Source of the DNA: Clostridia bacterium
Lineage (GTDB): Bacteria; Bacillota; Clostridia; Oscillospirales; CAG-272
NCBI GenBank assembly: GCA_017472285.1
Contig: JAFUQQ010000009.1
Coordinates: forward strand, 2,889 to 66,888
Reading direction: 5' to 3'
Length of the DNA: 64,000 nucleotides
Translations under genes and position numbers: made by a program
Notes under the pieces: model-generated
What the model was told of the DNA's origin: nothing
Seen by the model: only the letters and a program-made list of their open reading frames with translations
Database searches by the model: none
In this document: piece after piece, positions 30,579 to 39,145 of the stretch
How positions within the stretch are numbered: the first letter of the stretch is position 1
How the letters are laid out: each line of letters begins with the position of its first letter

Positions 30579-30905
30579 ATGGAACAAAAACGATTTACTA
30601 AAAACGACGATACTTTTATCTGTAAAAACTGCGGTCTTGAAGTCAAACCTCTCGGATACAGCTCGCGCAACCATTGTCCGCGCTGTCTTTGCTCGCTTCA
30701 CGTGGATATCAATCCCGGCGACCGCGCCAACACTTGCGGGGGAATCCTGCGTCCGATCAAAGCAGAACCTGATCCCAAAAAAGGTTATATCATCATCCAT
30801 AAATGCGATAAATGTGGTGAAATCCGACGTAACAAAGCCGCAAACGAAGCCAAAGTACAGCCCGATGACATCAATCTCATCATCAAACTAACTTGCGGAG
30901 CTTAA
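30579..30905 (+). CDS. RNHCP domain-containing protein
   Basis: Literal 'SSRNHCPRCLCSLHVD' motif plus additional CxxC pairs. Confidence 0.75.
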   Translation: MEQKRFTKNDDTFICKNCGLEVKPLGYSSRNHCPRCLCSLHVDINPGDRANTCGGILRPIKAEPDPKKGYIIIHKCDKCGEIRRNKAANEAKVQPDDINLIIKLTCGA

Positions 30906-30939
30906 CAAAAAAGAGGACTTGAAAAAGTCCTCTTTTTTG

Positions 30940-31866
30940 TTATTCACCTGCTTCAACTGTAATTTCAATATCCCCGCTCGTCGTTTGAATTTCAAAGATG
31001 GGCGCATTGGCATCGGAAGACGGCACGCGGATATCGCCGCTCACCGTTTTCGTCTTGAAATGTTTCGCCGAGAGCACACTTCCCTCCACGTCGCCGCTCG
31101 TCGTTTTCAGCGTCATTTTTTCATAAAATTCAATGCTCTCGAATTCGGCATCGCCGCTTGTCGTTTCGAGGTTCAGCGTATTGCTATAAATGCGGTCAAA
31201 CGAAATATCTCCGCTTACCGTTTGCAGATCGAATTTCTTTGTATTGACCGATCTTACCGTAATGTCACCGCTCGTTGTTTCCATTTTAACGGAATCCGAT
31301 GTTGTGGCATTTCCAAACGGCACAAACGTCATATCACCGCTCACACTTTTCAGAGAAGCTTCGCGGTCTGTAACCGCTTCCGCAAAAATGCTTCCGCTTG
31401 TCGTTTCGGCAGAAAGATGGTCAAAATAGAAACCCATCGGAATCTTGATATCACCGCTCATCGTATGCAAAGACACCGTTTTATAACGATTCTTCGGAAG
31501 ATAAACGGTGATCTCCAATTCTTCTTCCCAAAAAACGCCTCGCATAATACCTTCGCGCACGTCTTTTCGTTTCACAGTCAGCGTTCCGTTATCTACAAAG
31601 ATATTGCAAAAGATATTTTCGCTTTCTTTACAAACGATCTTACATTGTCCATCATCCGCATGAACAAAACGGATATCGCTTTCCAGACCGCTGATATCGA
31701 TATTCTGAAATTCTTCCGTGACCTCATACGTTTTCGTTTCAAAGTTTTCCGTATCCAATTTTTCAAAATCACAGCCGGTCAAGATCAACGCAAAAGCAGA
31801 AACGATCAAACCGACCCCAAGCATCATCGATGCAACAATCAACGCTGTTTTTTGGAATGTACGCAT
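30940..31866 (-). CDS. DUF4097 family beta-strand repeat protein
   Basis: N-terminal TM segment followed by many 'TSGDI/VSGDI' repeats. Confidence 0.8.
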   Translation of the reverse strand: MRTFQKTALIVASMMLGVGLIVSAFALILTGCDFEKLDTENFETKTYEVTEEFQNIDISGLESDIRFVHADDGQCKIVCKESENIFCNIFVDNGTLTVKRKDVREGIMRGVFWEEELEITVYLPKNRYKTVSLHTMSGDIKIPMGFYFDHLSAETTSGSIFAEAVTDREASLKSVSGDMTFVPFGNATTSDSVKMETTSGDITVRSVNTKKFDLQTVSGDISFDRIYSNTLNLETTSGDAEFESIEFYEKMTLKTTSGDVEGSVLSAKHFKTKTVSGDIRVPSSDANAPIFEIQTTSGDIEITVEAGE

Positions 31867-31886
31867 TTAAGCACCCTTCTTTCTTC

Positions 31887-32450
31887 TTAATTTTGTTTTG
31901 TTATGTTCAGATATACAGTTTTATGAAGCTTCAAAAACAAAGATGTCAGGAAATTGCAAACAAGTAGCATGAAAACGGAAAGTCCCGCAAGTGAAAGACC
32001 GACACCGAGCAAAAAGATACTCTGAACGAGATATCCCGATACGAGCATTGCAAAAAAACAAGCAATTCCCGCAATACCGCCGATAGCCAACGACAAAAAA
32101 GCCGCGTACAAGCTGATGATAACTGACCATGCGACAATATACACCGAAAGCAATACAATTCCCGCAGTCAAAATCAAAGGAAACCATATCGGTGAACAAA
32201 CACAAAGCAGTACGATCTCCCACGTTTCTGGCTTCCTTTTGTTTTTCGGAGGCATCGGATTTTCCAACAAAATCTGCTCTGCAACCTCATCGGGAGTGCC
32301 GACCGAAGCGACAACTTGCGCTTCCGTCATGCCGTCTTCCATACAATCCGCAATCATTTCTTCATAATATTCAAGTGACCTTTTGACATCGGTCTTCGGC
32401 AGGTCTTTTATTTTTCGTCTGACCGCCGCAAGAAACTCTTTTTTATTCAT
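31887..32450 (-). CDS. DUF1700 domain membrane protein
   Basis: 'KKEFLAAVRRKIKDLPKTDVKRSLEYYEEMI' followed by TM helices. The start overlaps the PadR stop codon (ATGAATAA). Confidence 0.75.
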   Translation of the reverse strand: MNKKEFLAAVRRKIKDLPKTDVKRSLEYYEEMIADCMEDGMTEAQVVASVGTPDEVAEQILLENPMPPKNKRKPETWEIVLLCVCSPIWFPLILTAGIVLLSVYIVAWSVIISLYAAFLSLAIGGIAGIACFFAMLVSGYLVQSIFLLGVGLSLAGLSVFMLLVCNFLTSLFLKLHKTVYLNITKQN

Positions 32451-32784
32451 CCGACCCATTCCTTTCTTCCATTTCATTGTTTTTTCTCATGATAAAACGA
32501 TAGATGGCTTCCATCTCCACCCATCCCTGTTCAAACACACATAGTCTTGCCCGTCCCGCTTCGGTAATACGGTAATATTTTCGCAATCGTCCGTTGTGTT
32601 CCACAGAGCGTACCGTCAGATATTCCGCCGTTTCCAACCGCCTGAGAATCGGATACAGCGTGGATTCCGAAATATCCACGTAAGGCTTCATATCTTTAAT
32701 GATCTGATATCCGTAGGAATCTTCATCTTTGATAGCGGAAAGAACGCAAACGTCCAGCAATCCGCGCTTCAGTTGAATATCCAT
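32443..32784 (-). CDS. PadR family transcriptional regulator
   Basis: 'LLDVCVLSAIKDEDSYGYQII...STLYPILRRLE' winged-helix signature. Confidence 0.9.
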   Translation of the reverse strand: MDIQLKRGLLDVCVLSAIKDEDSYGYQIIKDMKPYVDISESTLYPILRRLETAEYLTVRSVEHNGRLRKYYRITEAGRARLCVFEQGWVEMEAIYRFIMRKNNEMEERNGSDE

Positions 32785-32939
32785 AAACGCATCCCTCCTT
32801 CGTTTATACTATACCACGCATAGTATTGCTTGTCAAGAGGTATTCTAAAAAACCTTTCAATAAAAATTCTGACCGTTGTATAAATTTTCCTGAAAAATCA
32901 TATACTAACAAAAAAATCAAACGGAGGGATATATTACAT

Positions 32940-33224
32940 ATGGAAAAATACACCATGAATAATCTCAGGGATAAAGAAGTTGTAAATCTTTGTGACGGCA
33001 AAAAGCTCGGTTATATCCACGATGCCGTCATCAACGTTTGTTCGGGATGTGTATGCGCAATCACCGTTCTTTTTGATCTGCGTGTATTCGGCTTCGGTAA
33101 ATGCGAAGAACTTGTCATTCCATGGGAAAAAATCACTTGTTTCGGCAAAGACACCATACTCGTCAATCTCGATACTTCTTGCTATGAAAAATTCACAAAC
33201 GAAAAAAAGTTTGACAAAAAATGA
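32940..33224 (+). CDS. YlmC/YmxH family sporulation protein (PRC-barrel)
   Basis: 'LRDKEVVNLCDGKKLGYIHDAVIN...VIPWEKITCFGKDTILV'. GGAGGG RBS 11 nt upstream. Confidence 0.7.
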   Translation: MEKYTMNNLRDKEVVNLCDGKKLGYIHDAVINVCSGCVCAITVLFDLRVFGFGKCEELVIPWEKITCFGKDTILVNLDTSCYEKFTNEKKFDKK

Positions 33225-33242
33225 TTTTTTTCAAAAAAGGTA

Positions 33243-33271
33243 TTGATTTTTATAAAAAGATGTGATAAAAT
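33243..33271 (+). promoter_or_regulatory. promoter of rpsB-tsf
   Basis: AAAAAAGGTA-TTGATT-N17-TAAAAT. Confidence 0.5.
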
Positions 33272-33418
33272 ATAACGGATTTTTGAGATTATCTGTCCAA
33301 AAATCAAATAAAATTATTATTAAATCCGCACACAGCGGCGGCGCGCTCTTGGTGTCGTAAAGACCTTGCGCGGCATGACCGTCACTGTGGAGGAAAAACC
33401 AAAAAGGAGAAAAAAATC

Positions 33419-34144
33419 ATGGCAATCATCTCTATCAAGCAGTTGCTCGAAGCTGGTGTACACTTCGGTCACCACACAAGAAGATGGAACCCTAAAATGG
33501 CTGAATACATCTTCACAGAAAGAAACGGTATCTACATCATCGACCTTCAGAAGACAGTTGGCAAGATCGACGAAGCTCACAAGTTCGTTAAGGAAATCTC
33601 CGCAAACGGCGGCGACCTCCTCTTCGTTGGTACAAAGAAACAGGCTGCTGACGCGATCAAAGAAGAAGCAGAACGCTGCGGTCAGTACTACGTAAACGTT
33701 CGTTGGCTCGGCGGTATGCTCACCAACCACAAGACCATCAAGAGAAGCATCAACCGTCTCAACGCTCTCGAAAAGATGAAAACAGAAGGCACCTTCGATC
33801 TTCTTCCCAAGAAAGAAGTTGCTAAACTCACAAAAGAAATGGAAGACCTCGAAAAGAACCTCGGCGGTATCAAGAACATGGCAGGTCTCCCCGCTGCAAT
33901 CTTCATCGTTGACCCCAAGAAAGAACACAACGCTGTTCTCGAAGCTAAGAAGCTCGATATCCCCGTAATCGCTATCGTTGACACAAACTGCGATCCCGAC
34001 GATGCTGACTACATCATCCCCGGTAACGACGACGCAATCCGTGCAATCAAACTGATCTCCGGTGTTCTTGCTGATGCTGTTATCGAAGGCAGACAGGGCG
34101 AACAGACAACAGAAGCTCCCGCTGAAGAAGCTATTGAAGCTTAA
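33419..34144 (+). CDS. rpsB: 30S ribosomal protein S2
   Basis: '[19 protein letters not shown]' and overall S2 sequence; AAGGAGA RBS. Confidence 0.97.
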   Translation: MAIISIKQLLEAGVHFGHHTRRWNPKMAEYIFTERNGIYIIDLQKTVGKIDEAHKFVKEISANGGDLLFVGTKKQAADAIKEEAERCGQYYVNVRWLGGMLTNHKTIKRSINRLNALEKMKTEGTFDLLPKKEVAKLTKEMEDLEKNLGGIKNMAGLPAAIFIVDPKKEHNAVLEAKKLDIPVIAIVDTNCDPDDADYIIPGNDDAIRAIKLISGVLADAVIEGRQGEQTTEAPAEEAIEA

Positions 34145-34187
34145 TTTCTGAAATTCCGATTTTTCAATATACAGGAGGAAATTTAAA

Positions 34188-35114
34188 ATGGCTGCTATTT
34201 CCGCAAAGATGGTCGGCGATCTCAAGAAGAGAACCGGCGCAGGTCTTATGGACTGCAAAAAAGCTCTCGTTGAAACAAACGGCGATGTTGATGCCGCTAT
34301 CAAATTGCTCAGAGAAAAGGGTCTTGCTGCTGCTGCTAAGAAAGCAGACAGAATCGCTGCTGACGGTCTTGTTTCCGTTCTCAAAGACGGTGAAACCGTT
34401 GCAATGGTTGAAGTAAACTCTGAAACAGACTTCGTTGCAAAGAACGCAACATTCGTTGAATTCGTTCAGGGTATCCTCAGAACCATCATCGCGTTCAAGC
34501 CCGCTACCATCGCTGAACTCAACGCTTGCAAATTCGACGGCACAGAATACACCGTTGAAGAAACCGTTAAAGATAAAATCTACACAATCGGTGAAAACAT
34601 CACTCTCCGCCGTTTCGTTGTTGTAGAAGGTATCACAAGCACTTATATCCATGGCAACGGCTGCATCGGTGTTATCGTTAAATTCGACGTTGACGCTACT
34701 GTTGCTGAATCCGCTGAATTCGTTGAATTCGCTAAGAACATTGCTCTTCAGGCAGGTGCTTACGCTACTCCCTACCTCGACAGAGATCACGTTCCCACTT
34801 CTGCTATCGAAGAAGAAAAATCCGTTATCATGGGTCAGATCAAGAACGATCCCAAAAACGCTTCCAAGCCCCAGAACATCATCGAAAAGATGGCTATGGG
34901 TAAACTCGGCAAATTCTACGAAGAAAACTGCCTCGTTGACAAAGAATACATCAAGGACGACAACATGAAGGTTAGCCAGTACGTTGCATCCGTTGCAAAA
35001 GCACTCGGCACATCCATCAAGATCGCTTCCTTCGAAAGATTCGAAAAGGGCGAAGGCATCGAAAAGAGAGAAGACAACCTCGGCGACGAAGTTGCAAAAA
35101 TGCTCGGCAAATAA
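34188..35114 (+). CDS. tsf: translation elongation factor Ts
   Basis: 'MVGDLKKRTGAGLMDCKKALVETNGDVDAAIKLLREKG' UBA-like N-terminus. Confidence 0.97.
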   Translation: MAAISAKMVGDLKKRTGAGLMDCKKALVETNGDVDAAIKLLREKGLAAAAKKADRIAADGLVSVLKDGETVAMVEVNSETDFVAKNATFVEFVQGILRTIIAFKPATIAELNACKFDGTEYTVEETVKDKIYTIGENITLRRFVVVEGITSTYIHGNGCIGVIVKFDVDATVAESAEFVEFAKNIALQAGAYATPYLDRDHVPTSAIEEEKSVIMGQIKNDPKNASKPQNIIEKMAMGKLGKFYEENCLVDKEYIKDDNMKVSQYVASVAKALGTSIKIASFERFEKGEGIEKREDNLGDEVAKMLGK

Positions 35115-35187
35115 GCAAGTGTATCGCTGCCGATTTCTTATGATTTCGGTCATTTGCTAAACACAAAAAACATCTGCATAGAACGGT

Positions 35188-35208
35188 CGGTGTTTATAAA
35201 ACAGTTAA
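35188..35208. repeat. left 21-bp inverted repeat of the GNAT cassette
   Basis: CGGTGTTTATAAAACAGTTAA. Its reverse complement recurs at 36038-36058 with 1 mismatch. Confidence 0.8.
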
Positions 35209-35319
35209 CAGGTACAACAGTTTAATCTGGTGTACCTGTCCTTACATAATTTACTTTTGTGTGATAGTATGTAAACAAACAGACTTAAAATTGGAATTTG
35301 ATGGAAAGGTTGATGTGTT

Positions 35320-35838
35320 ATGGAAAGAAAAATATATATTTCAAACGATGAACTAACGATAGCAGAATATTGTAATGATTTTGATGCAGAGGCGAATTAT
35401 AATTGCTGGCAAGACCATGATACTCAAAAAGGGTATAATTATAAAATGGCTATTACCTTAGAAGCCTTTAAGAATAGACCTATTCGTTCTCGCTTTCAAT
35501 CAGTTATTATTCGAAAAAGTGATAATGCTGTCATTGGCACTATATCAATGTCACCAGAGAATTCATTGCCAGATTTGGCAATTATGATATACCCGCCATA
35601 TCGGAAGCAAGGATATGGTACTAAAGCATTTACATTAGCATTACAATACTGTTTTAATAAATTTAATTTAGACAGAATATATGCTGGATGCTATGAAACG
35701 AATGCTGCAAGTCTTAAAATGCTTACGGTATGCGGTTTTATTCCGCATCCAGAAGGCAATGAAGTAGAGAAACATTTTGAAACTGGTGCACCAATTACGC
35801 AATTAGACTTTGTAAAATACCGAGTTGACACAAAATAA
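35320..35838 (+). CDS. GNAT family N-acetyltransferase (RimJ/RimL-like)
   Basis: 'PPYRKQGYGTKAFTLALQYCF' acetyl-CoA binding motif and 'NAASLKMLTVCGF'. AT-rich codon usage. Confidence 0.8.
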   Translation: MERKIYISNDELTIAEYCNDFDAEANYNCWQDHDTQKGYNYKMAITLEAFKNRPIRSRFQSVIIRKSDNAVIGTISMSPENSLPDLAIMIYPPYRKQGYGTKAFTLALQYCFNKFNLDRIYAGCYETNAASLKMLTVCGFIPHPEGNEVEKHFETGAPITQLDFVKYRVDTK

Positions 35839-35869
35839 AATAATTTATCGCTAAATTCCAATTTGCTCG

Positions 35870-35912
35870 AACACTTTAGGACCGCCGAACGGCGGTCCTA
35901 AAGTGTTGTTTT
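35870..35912 (+). terminator. intrinsic terminator of the GNAT gene
   Basis: 17-bp perfect stem AACACTTTAGGACCGCC-GAAC-GGCGGTCCTAAAGTGTT followed by GTTTTAC. Confidence 0.7.
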
Positions 35913-36037
35913 ACTTCTGTATATAATATCAATAACATGGAAAACGATTCTGCGATTTGCAATCCAGGTGCAAGGGTGCACTTATATACACCTCTGCTGG
36001 ATGTATTGTGCGGTGTGCAGTTTTTCAGCGCACCAAA

Positions 36038-36058
36038 TTAACTGTTTTATGAACACCG
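36038..36058. repeat. right 21-bp inverted repeat of the GNAT cassette
   Basis: TTAACTGTTTTATGAACACCG, the reverse complement of the left repeat with 1 mismatch. Confidence 0.8.
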
Positions 36059-36062
36059 CCAG

Positions 36063-36083
36063 AAATCCGCGGATTTTTATTTT
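36063..36083 (+). terminator. weak hairpin plus T-run, possibly the displaced tsf terminator
   Basis: AAATCCGCGGATTT palindrome followed by TTATTTT. Lies immediately outside the right inverted repeat. Confidence 0.35.
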
Positions 36084-36104
36084 CCCACAAAATGTAAAAC
36101 GCAC

Positions 36105-36133
36105 TTGACATTTTCATTTTTCTATGCTATGAT
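36105..36133 (+). promoter_or_regulatory. promoter of the small XRE cassette
   Basis: TTGACA-N17-TATGAT. Confidence 0.55.
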
Positions 36134-36139
36134 AAAAAT

Positions 36140-36155
36140 GTAAAATCGATTTTAC
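36140..36155. promoter_or_regulatory. perfect 16-bp palindrome, candidate operator
   Basis: GTAAAATCGATTTTAC lies just downstream of the -10 box. A half-site-like AATGTAAAACG lies upstream of the -35 box (about 36091-36101). Confidence 0.5.
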
Positions 36156-36174
36156 GTTCCGATAAGGAGTTATT

Positions 36175-36387
36175 ATGAAAAACAAAGTCAAAGAATTGCG
36201 CGTACAAAAGGATATGACACAGATCTCCTTCGCCGAAGCACTCGGCGTGACAAGGCAGACCGTCATTTCCATCGAGAGCGGAAAACGCGAGCCGTCTCTC
36301 GGTCTTGCGTTCAATATCTCCAAGGTCCTGAAAGAACCCATCGAGAATATCTTCATTCCCGAAACGGAAGAAAAAAGCGAAGCATGA
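36175..36387 (+). CDS. small XRE-family HTH transcriptional regulator (70 aa)
   Basis: 'LRVQKDMTQISFAEALGVTRQTVISIESGKREPSLGLAFNISKVL'; AAGGAG RBS. Confidence 0.85.
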   Translation: MKNKVKELRVQKDMTQISFAEALGVTRQTVISIESGKREPSLGLAFNISKVLKEPIENIFIPETEEKSEA

Positions 36388-37412
36388 AATTCAAGAAACT
36401 ACTTTTTCATTTGGCGTATTATCTCGTTTTCATCGCACTCGGCGTTGCGTTGGAATTGATTGTATTTCACGTTTTTGGCGATATCTCAATTCATATCTGC
36501 TCGATCATCGTCATCGCACCAATGGTCATTCTGCGCCCTTTTTTCACAGATTGGCTCGACAAGCGTTATGCGCCACCCATTCCCGCAGAATTACAGGAGC
36601 TACACGAAACCATCGCCCGACGCTATGCAGAAAAATTACAGCTTGGTGAAGAAGCAAAAAAATTGCTCGGTGGTTCTTATATCCATAGATTCATGCGGGA
36701 TTTTGAACAGGTCGTATTTGATTTTTCGCTTTACGGCAAAGCCGGCATCCTGACACACGGTACGTTTACCCGTGTGATGACGCTGACACTTCCCTATTCA
36801 TCGGAAACACATGAAAATACGTTGCGGTTCATCAATAAGATCACCTTACTCGCGGAGAAAGACAAACATCTGATCTTCGCGGGATGTATTCTTGCGCCCT
36901 TGAAAAAGGAAACGACCGTCTGCCTTTATTACGAACCGAAATATTATTTTTCCGTCTGCAAACGGCTGGAAAAACTATTTTCCTCGGAAAGACAAGGCAA
37001 ACCGTGCATGGAAACCGCGCAGGATAAGGGGTGGACGTTCTATCAGACCCGTTTGCTCCCTCCGCCAAATGAGCTTTGGTATCTGCTGAATATCCGTTCT
37101 TCCGTATATCTGGAGCATCAGGGATTTGATCTTTCCACCGAAACGGAAGCCGTCATTTTCATGACGTTTCCAAACGGAAACAGAGATTTTCTTGCACAAG
37201 CGGAACGGTATGGGTTTTCACTTTTTCACGAAACGAAAAAAGATGACCGAACCGTTTTTGCCCTGACAAGAAAAATGTGTTTCGATACGGATAGTCTTGA
37301 CAGAATGACAGATTTTCTTTTGTATCTTGCAGGAACCTATCATGGAAGCTTTGACGAATATGAAGTCTTTACAGACGATTTCAGAGAGGAAATTTTAGAA
37401 TATGGAATTTAA
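36384..37412 (+). CDS. membrane-anchored hypothetical protein (possible DUF695-like plus RraB-like C-terminal domain)
   Basis: ATGA overlap with the XRE stop codon. Two N-terminal TM helices. The C-terminal 'FLAQAERYGFSL...LLYLAGTYHGSFDEYEV' resembles the RraB fold pattern, a weak call made by eye. Confidence 0.55.
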   Translation: MKFKKLLFHLAYYLVFIALGVALELIVFHVFGDISIHICSIIVIAPMVILRPFFTDWLDKRYAPPIPAELQELHETIARRYAEKLQLGEEAKKLLGGSYIHRFMRDFEQVVFDFSLYGKAGILTHGTFTRVMTLTLPYSSETHENTLRFINKITLLAEKDKHLIFAGCILAPLKKETTVCLYYEPKYYFSVCKRLEKLFSSERQGKPCMETAQDKGWTFYQTRLLPPPNELWYLLNIRSSVYLEHQGFDLSTETEAVIFMTFPNGNRDFLAQAERYGFSLFHETKKDDRTVFALTRKMCFDTDSLDRMTDFLLYLAGTYHGSFDEYEVFTDDFREEILEYGI

Positions 37413-37938
37413 AAGTGATATCAAAACGGTCAAAAAGGCGTTGACCGCCGTGCTGATCCTTTCCGTAATATTGACCGCAATGACCGTCATCCTTTTCGTT
37501 TGGGATCCGGATGAGCCCGACCTCAGCTTTTACGGCATTCTGATCGGTGTCTGCGCTTTCGGATGGCTGATGGCACTCGTTCTTGCCTTCCGCGCAAAGA
37601 ACGTAAAATCGCTGAAATTTGAAAACGATTTCATCGTTATCAATGGCTTAAAGATCCCCGTTGCCGAAATTCAGCACGTCAAGATTGGTGCTTCTCTCGG
37701 TACAATGAAACCCATCAAACCGCAATATGCCAATATTGATCTGATGGTAACGCTTCCGCCGGAGAAAGGTCTTTCGGGAAGCATCAAAATCATTGCATCC
37801 CGTGCCCGTTTCGAGCTTTTTCCCCTTGAAGATGTCATGACCGCTTACACATTGTTCCGCAAGCTCGGCTGCGATGTGGAAGCCGTATATACCCTCGGTG
37901 AAAAAAGCCGCAAATACGTATGGGGCGACGTTGCGTAA
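37402..37938 (+). CDS. hypothetical two-TM membrane protein
   Basis: Overlaps the upstream gene by 11 nt. Two TM helices followed by a ~100-aa soluble domain. No family recognised. Confidence 0.55.
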   Translation: MEFKSDIKTVKKALTAVLILSVILTAMTVILFVWDPDEPDLSFYGILIGVCAFGWLMALVLAFRAKNVKSLKFENDFIVINGLKIPVAEIQHVKIGASLGTMKPIKPQYANIDLMVTLPPEKGLSGSIKIIASRARFELFPLEDVMTAYTLFRKLGCDVEAVYTLGEKSRKYVWGDVA

Positions 37939-37944
37939 ATACAT

Positions 37945-37979
37945 AAAAGGCAGAGAAACATTCTCTGCCTTTTATTTTT
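37945..37979. terminator. bidirectional intrinsic terminator
   Basis: AAAAGGCAGAGA-AACAT-TCTCTGCCTTTTATTTTT. Confidence 0.8.
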
Positions 37980-38986
37980 ACCGCAAATCCTCCGCAAATT
38001 TCCGCAAGATGTCATCCGTATGGAAAAATTCATGCGTTCCGTCAAACGTGAAAAATTCCACCCAACCCGTACCGATCGTTTTGCAATATTCTTTCAGGAC
38101 TGCAAAAGAAGCTTTCGCTCCTTCACAATCAAAAAGATCGTCCTGTTCTCCCACGGCAATACGAAGCGTTCTCGGATAAACCAGCAGAGCAATTTCCGCA
38201 TCATCAAAAAGATATGCGCTGTCCCGCCACGTCCAATCGATAAAAGAATGTCTGTCGCGTTCATTAAAATTAAGAACAACTAACCGCACTTCTGATGCGC
38301 GTATCCAAAGCCGTCACCATTTGTGTATAAAATCCGCCGTAAGAAAGACCAACCATGCCAAAGCACGTAATATCATCAAAAGTTTCAAAATAATCGAGAA
38401 CGCGCATGATACCGAATACTTCCACAGCCGTGATCGAACTGCCGACACGCTTGAGTTTTGCATCGAGTAATCGCCTGTCATAAGGCACACCATACCGTTC
38501 CGACCTCCAAAGTAAAAGCTGCGGTGCAAATACGTGAACCCCCTGACGCAATACACGCATGAGCATATCGTTATAATTGTTCGTAAAGCCGTAAACGCCG
38601 GAAATCAATTCCGGTGTTCCCTCTCCGCCATGCTGAACGATGGCAAGGGGTCTTTTTTCTTCGCCGTTCAAACGAAAATACAGACCTGTCATCCAGAGTC
38701 CGTCCATGATCTCCAGTCGCAAACGGTATACCGTGTAACCGTCTTCATCCGAAAGATGCATGATCTCCGCGCGCGGCGGCAATCCCGTTTTTTCTTCGCA
38801 AAGCGGATAACCGAACATCTCCCGCAACTCGTGGCGGTATGTTTCCGGTTCGATTAAAATCACTTCCGCACGAGCAGAACGCACCGATGCCGCTTCCCGT
38901 TCCCTCTTCCGAATCAAAGATTCCAAACCCGAAAGATATGCTTCCTTGTGAATTGCTGCATCCTCATATTTTTCTCTGTATTCCAT
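37978..38986 (-). pseudogene. alpha/beta hydrolase (acetyl-xylan-esterase / dienelactone-hydrolase-like) disrupted by a frameshift near 38270-38300
   Basis: The upstream ORF carries nucleophile 'GLSYGG'. The downstream overlapping ORF in another frame carries the Asp ('GEQDDLF') and His ('DGTHEF') of the same triad. Total length is not a multiple of 3. Start at MEYREKY with GGGAGGAAAG RBS. Confidence 0.65.
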
Positions 38987-39116
38987 GTCTTTCCTCCCGC
39001 ATACGTTTTCTTTTATCATAACATACAATCCGAAAAAATCAAGTCTGTGTTGTATAATATACAAAAAATCTACACATTTCTGTCTATGAAAAATGAGTTT
39101 TTTGACCAAAAAAATC

Positions 39117-39145
39117 TTGACAATACCCCCTCTTTGTGATAGTAT
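39117..39145 (+). promoter_or_regulatory. promoter of the ilv operon
   Basis: TTGACA-N17-TAGTAT with an extended -10 TG. Confidence 0.5.

Noticed and set aside
33320-35153. 354-aa and 329-aa minus-strand ORFs opposite rpsB and tsf
   Set aside because: Antisense shadows of two unmistakable housekeeping genes.
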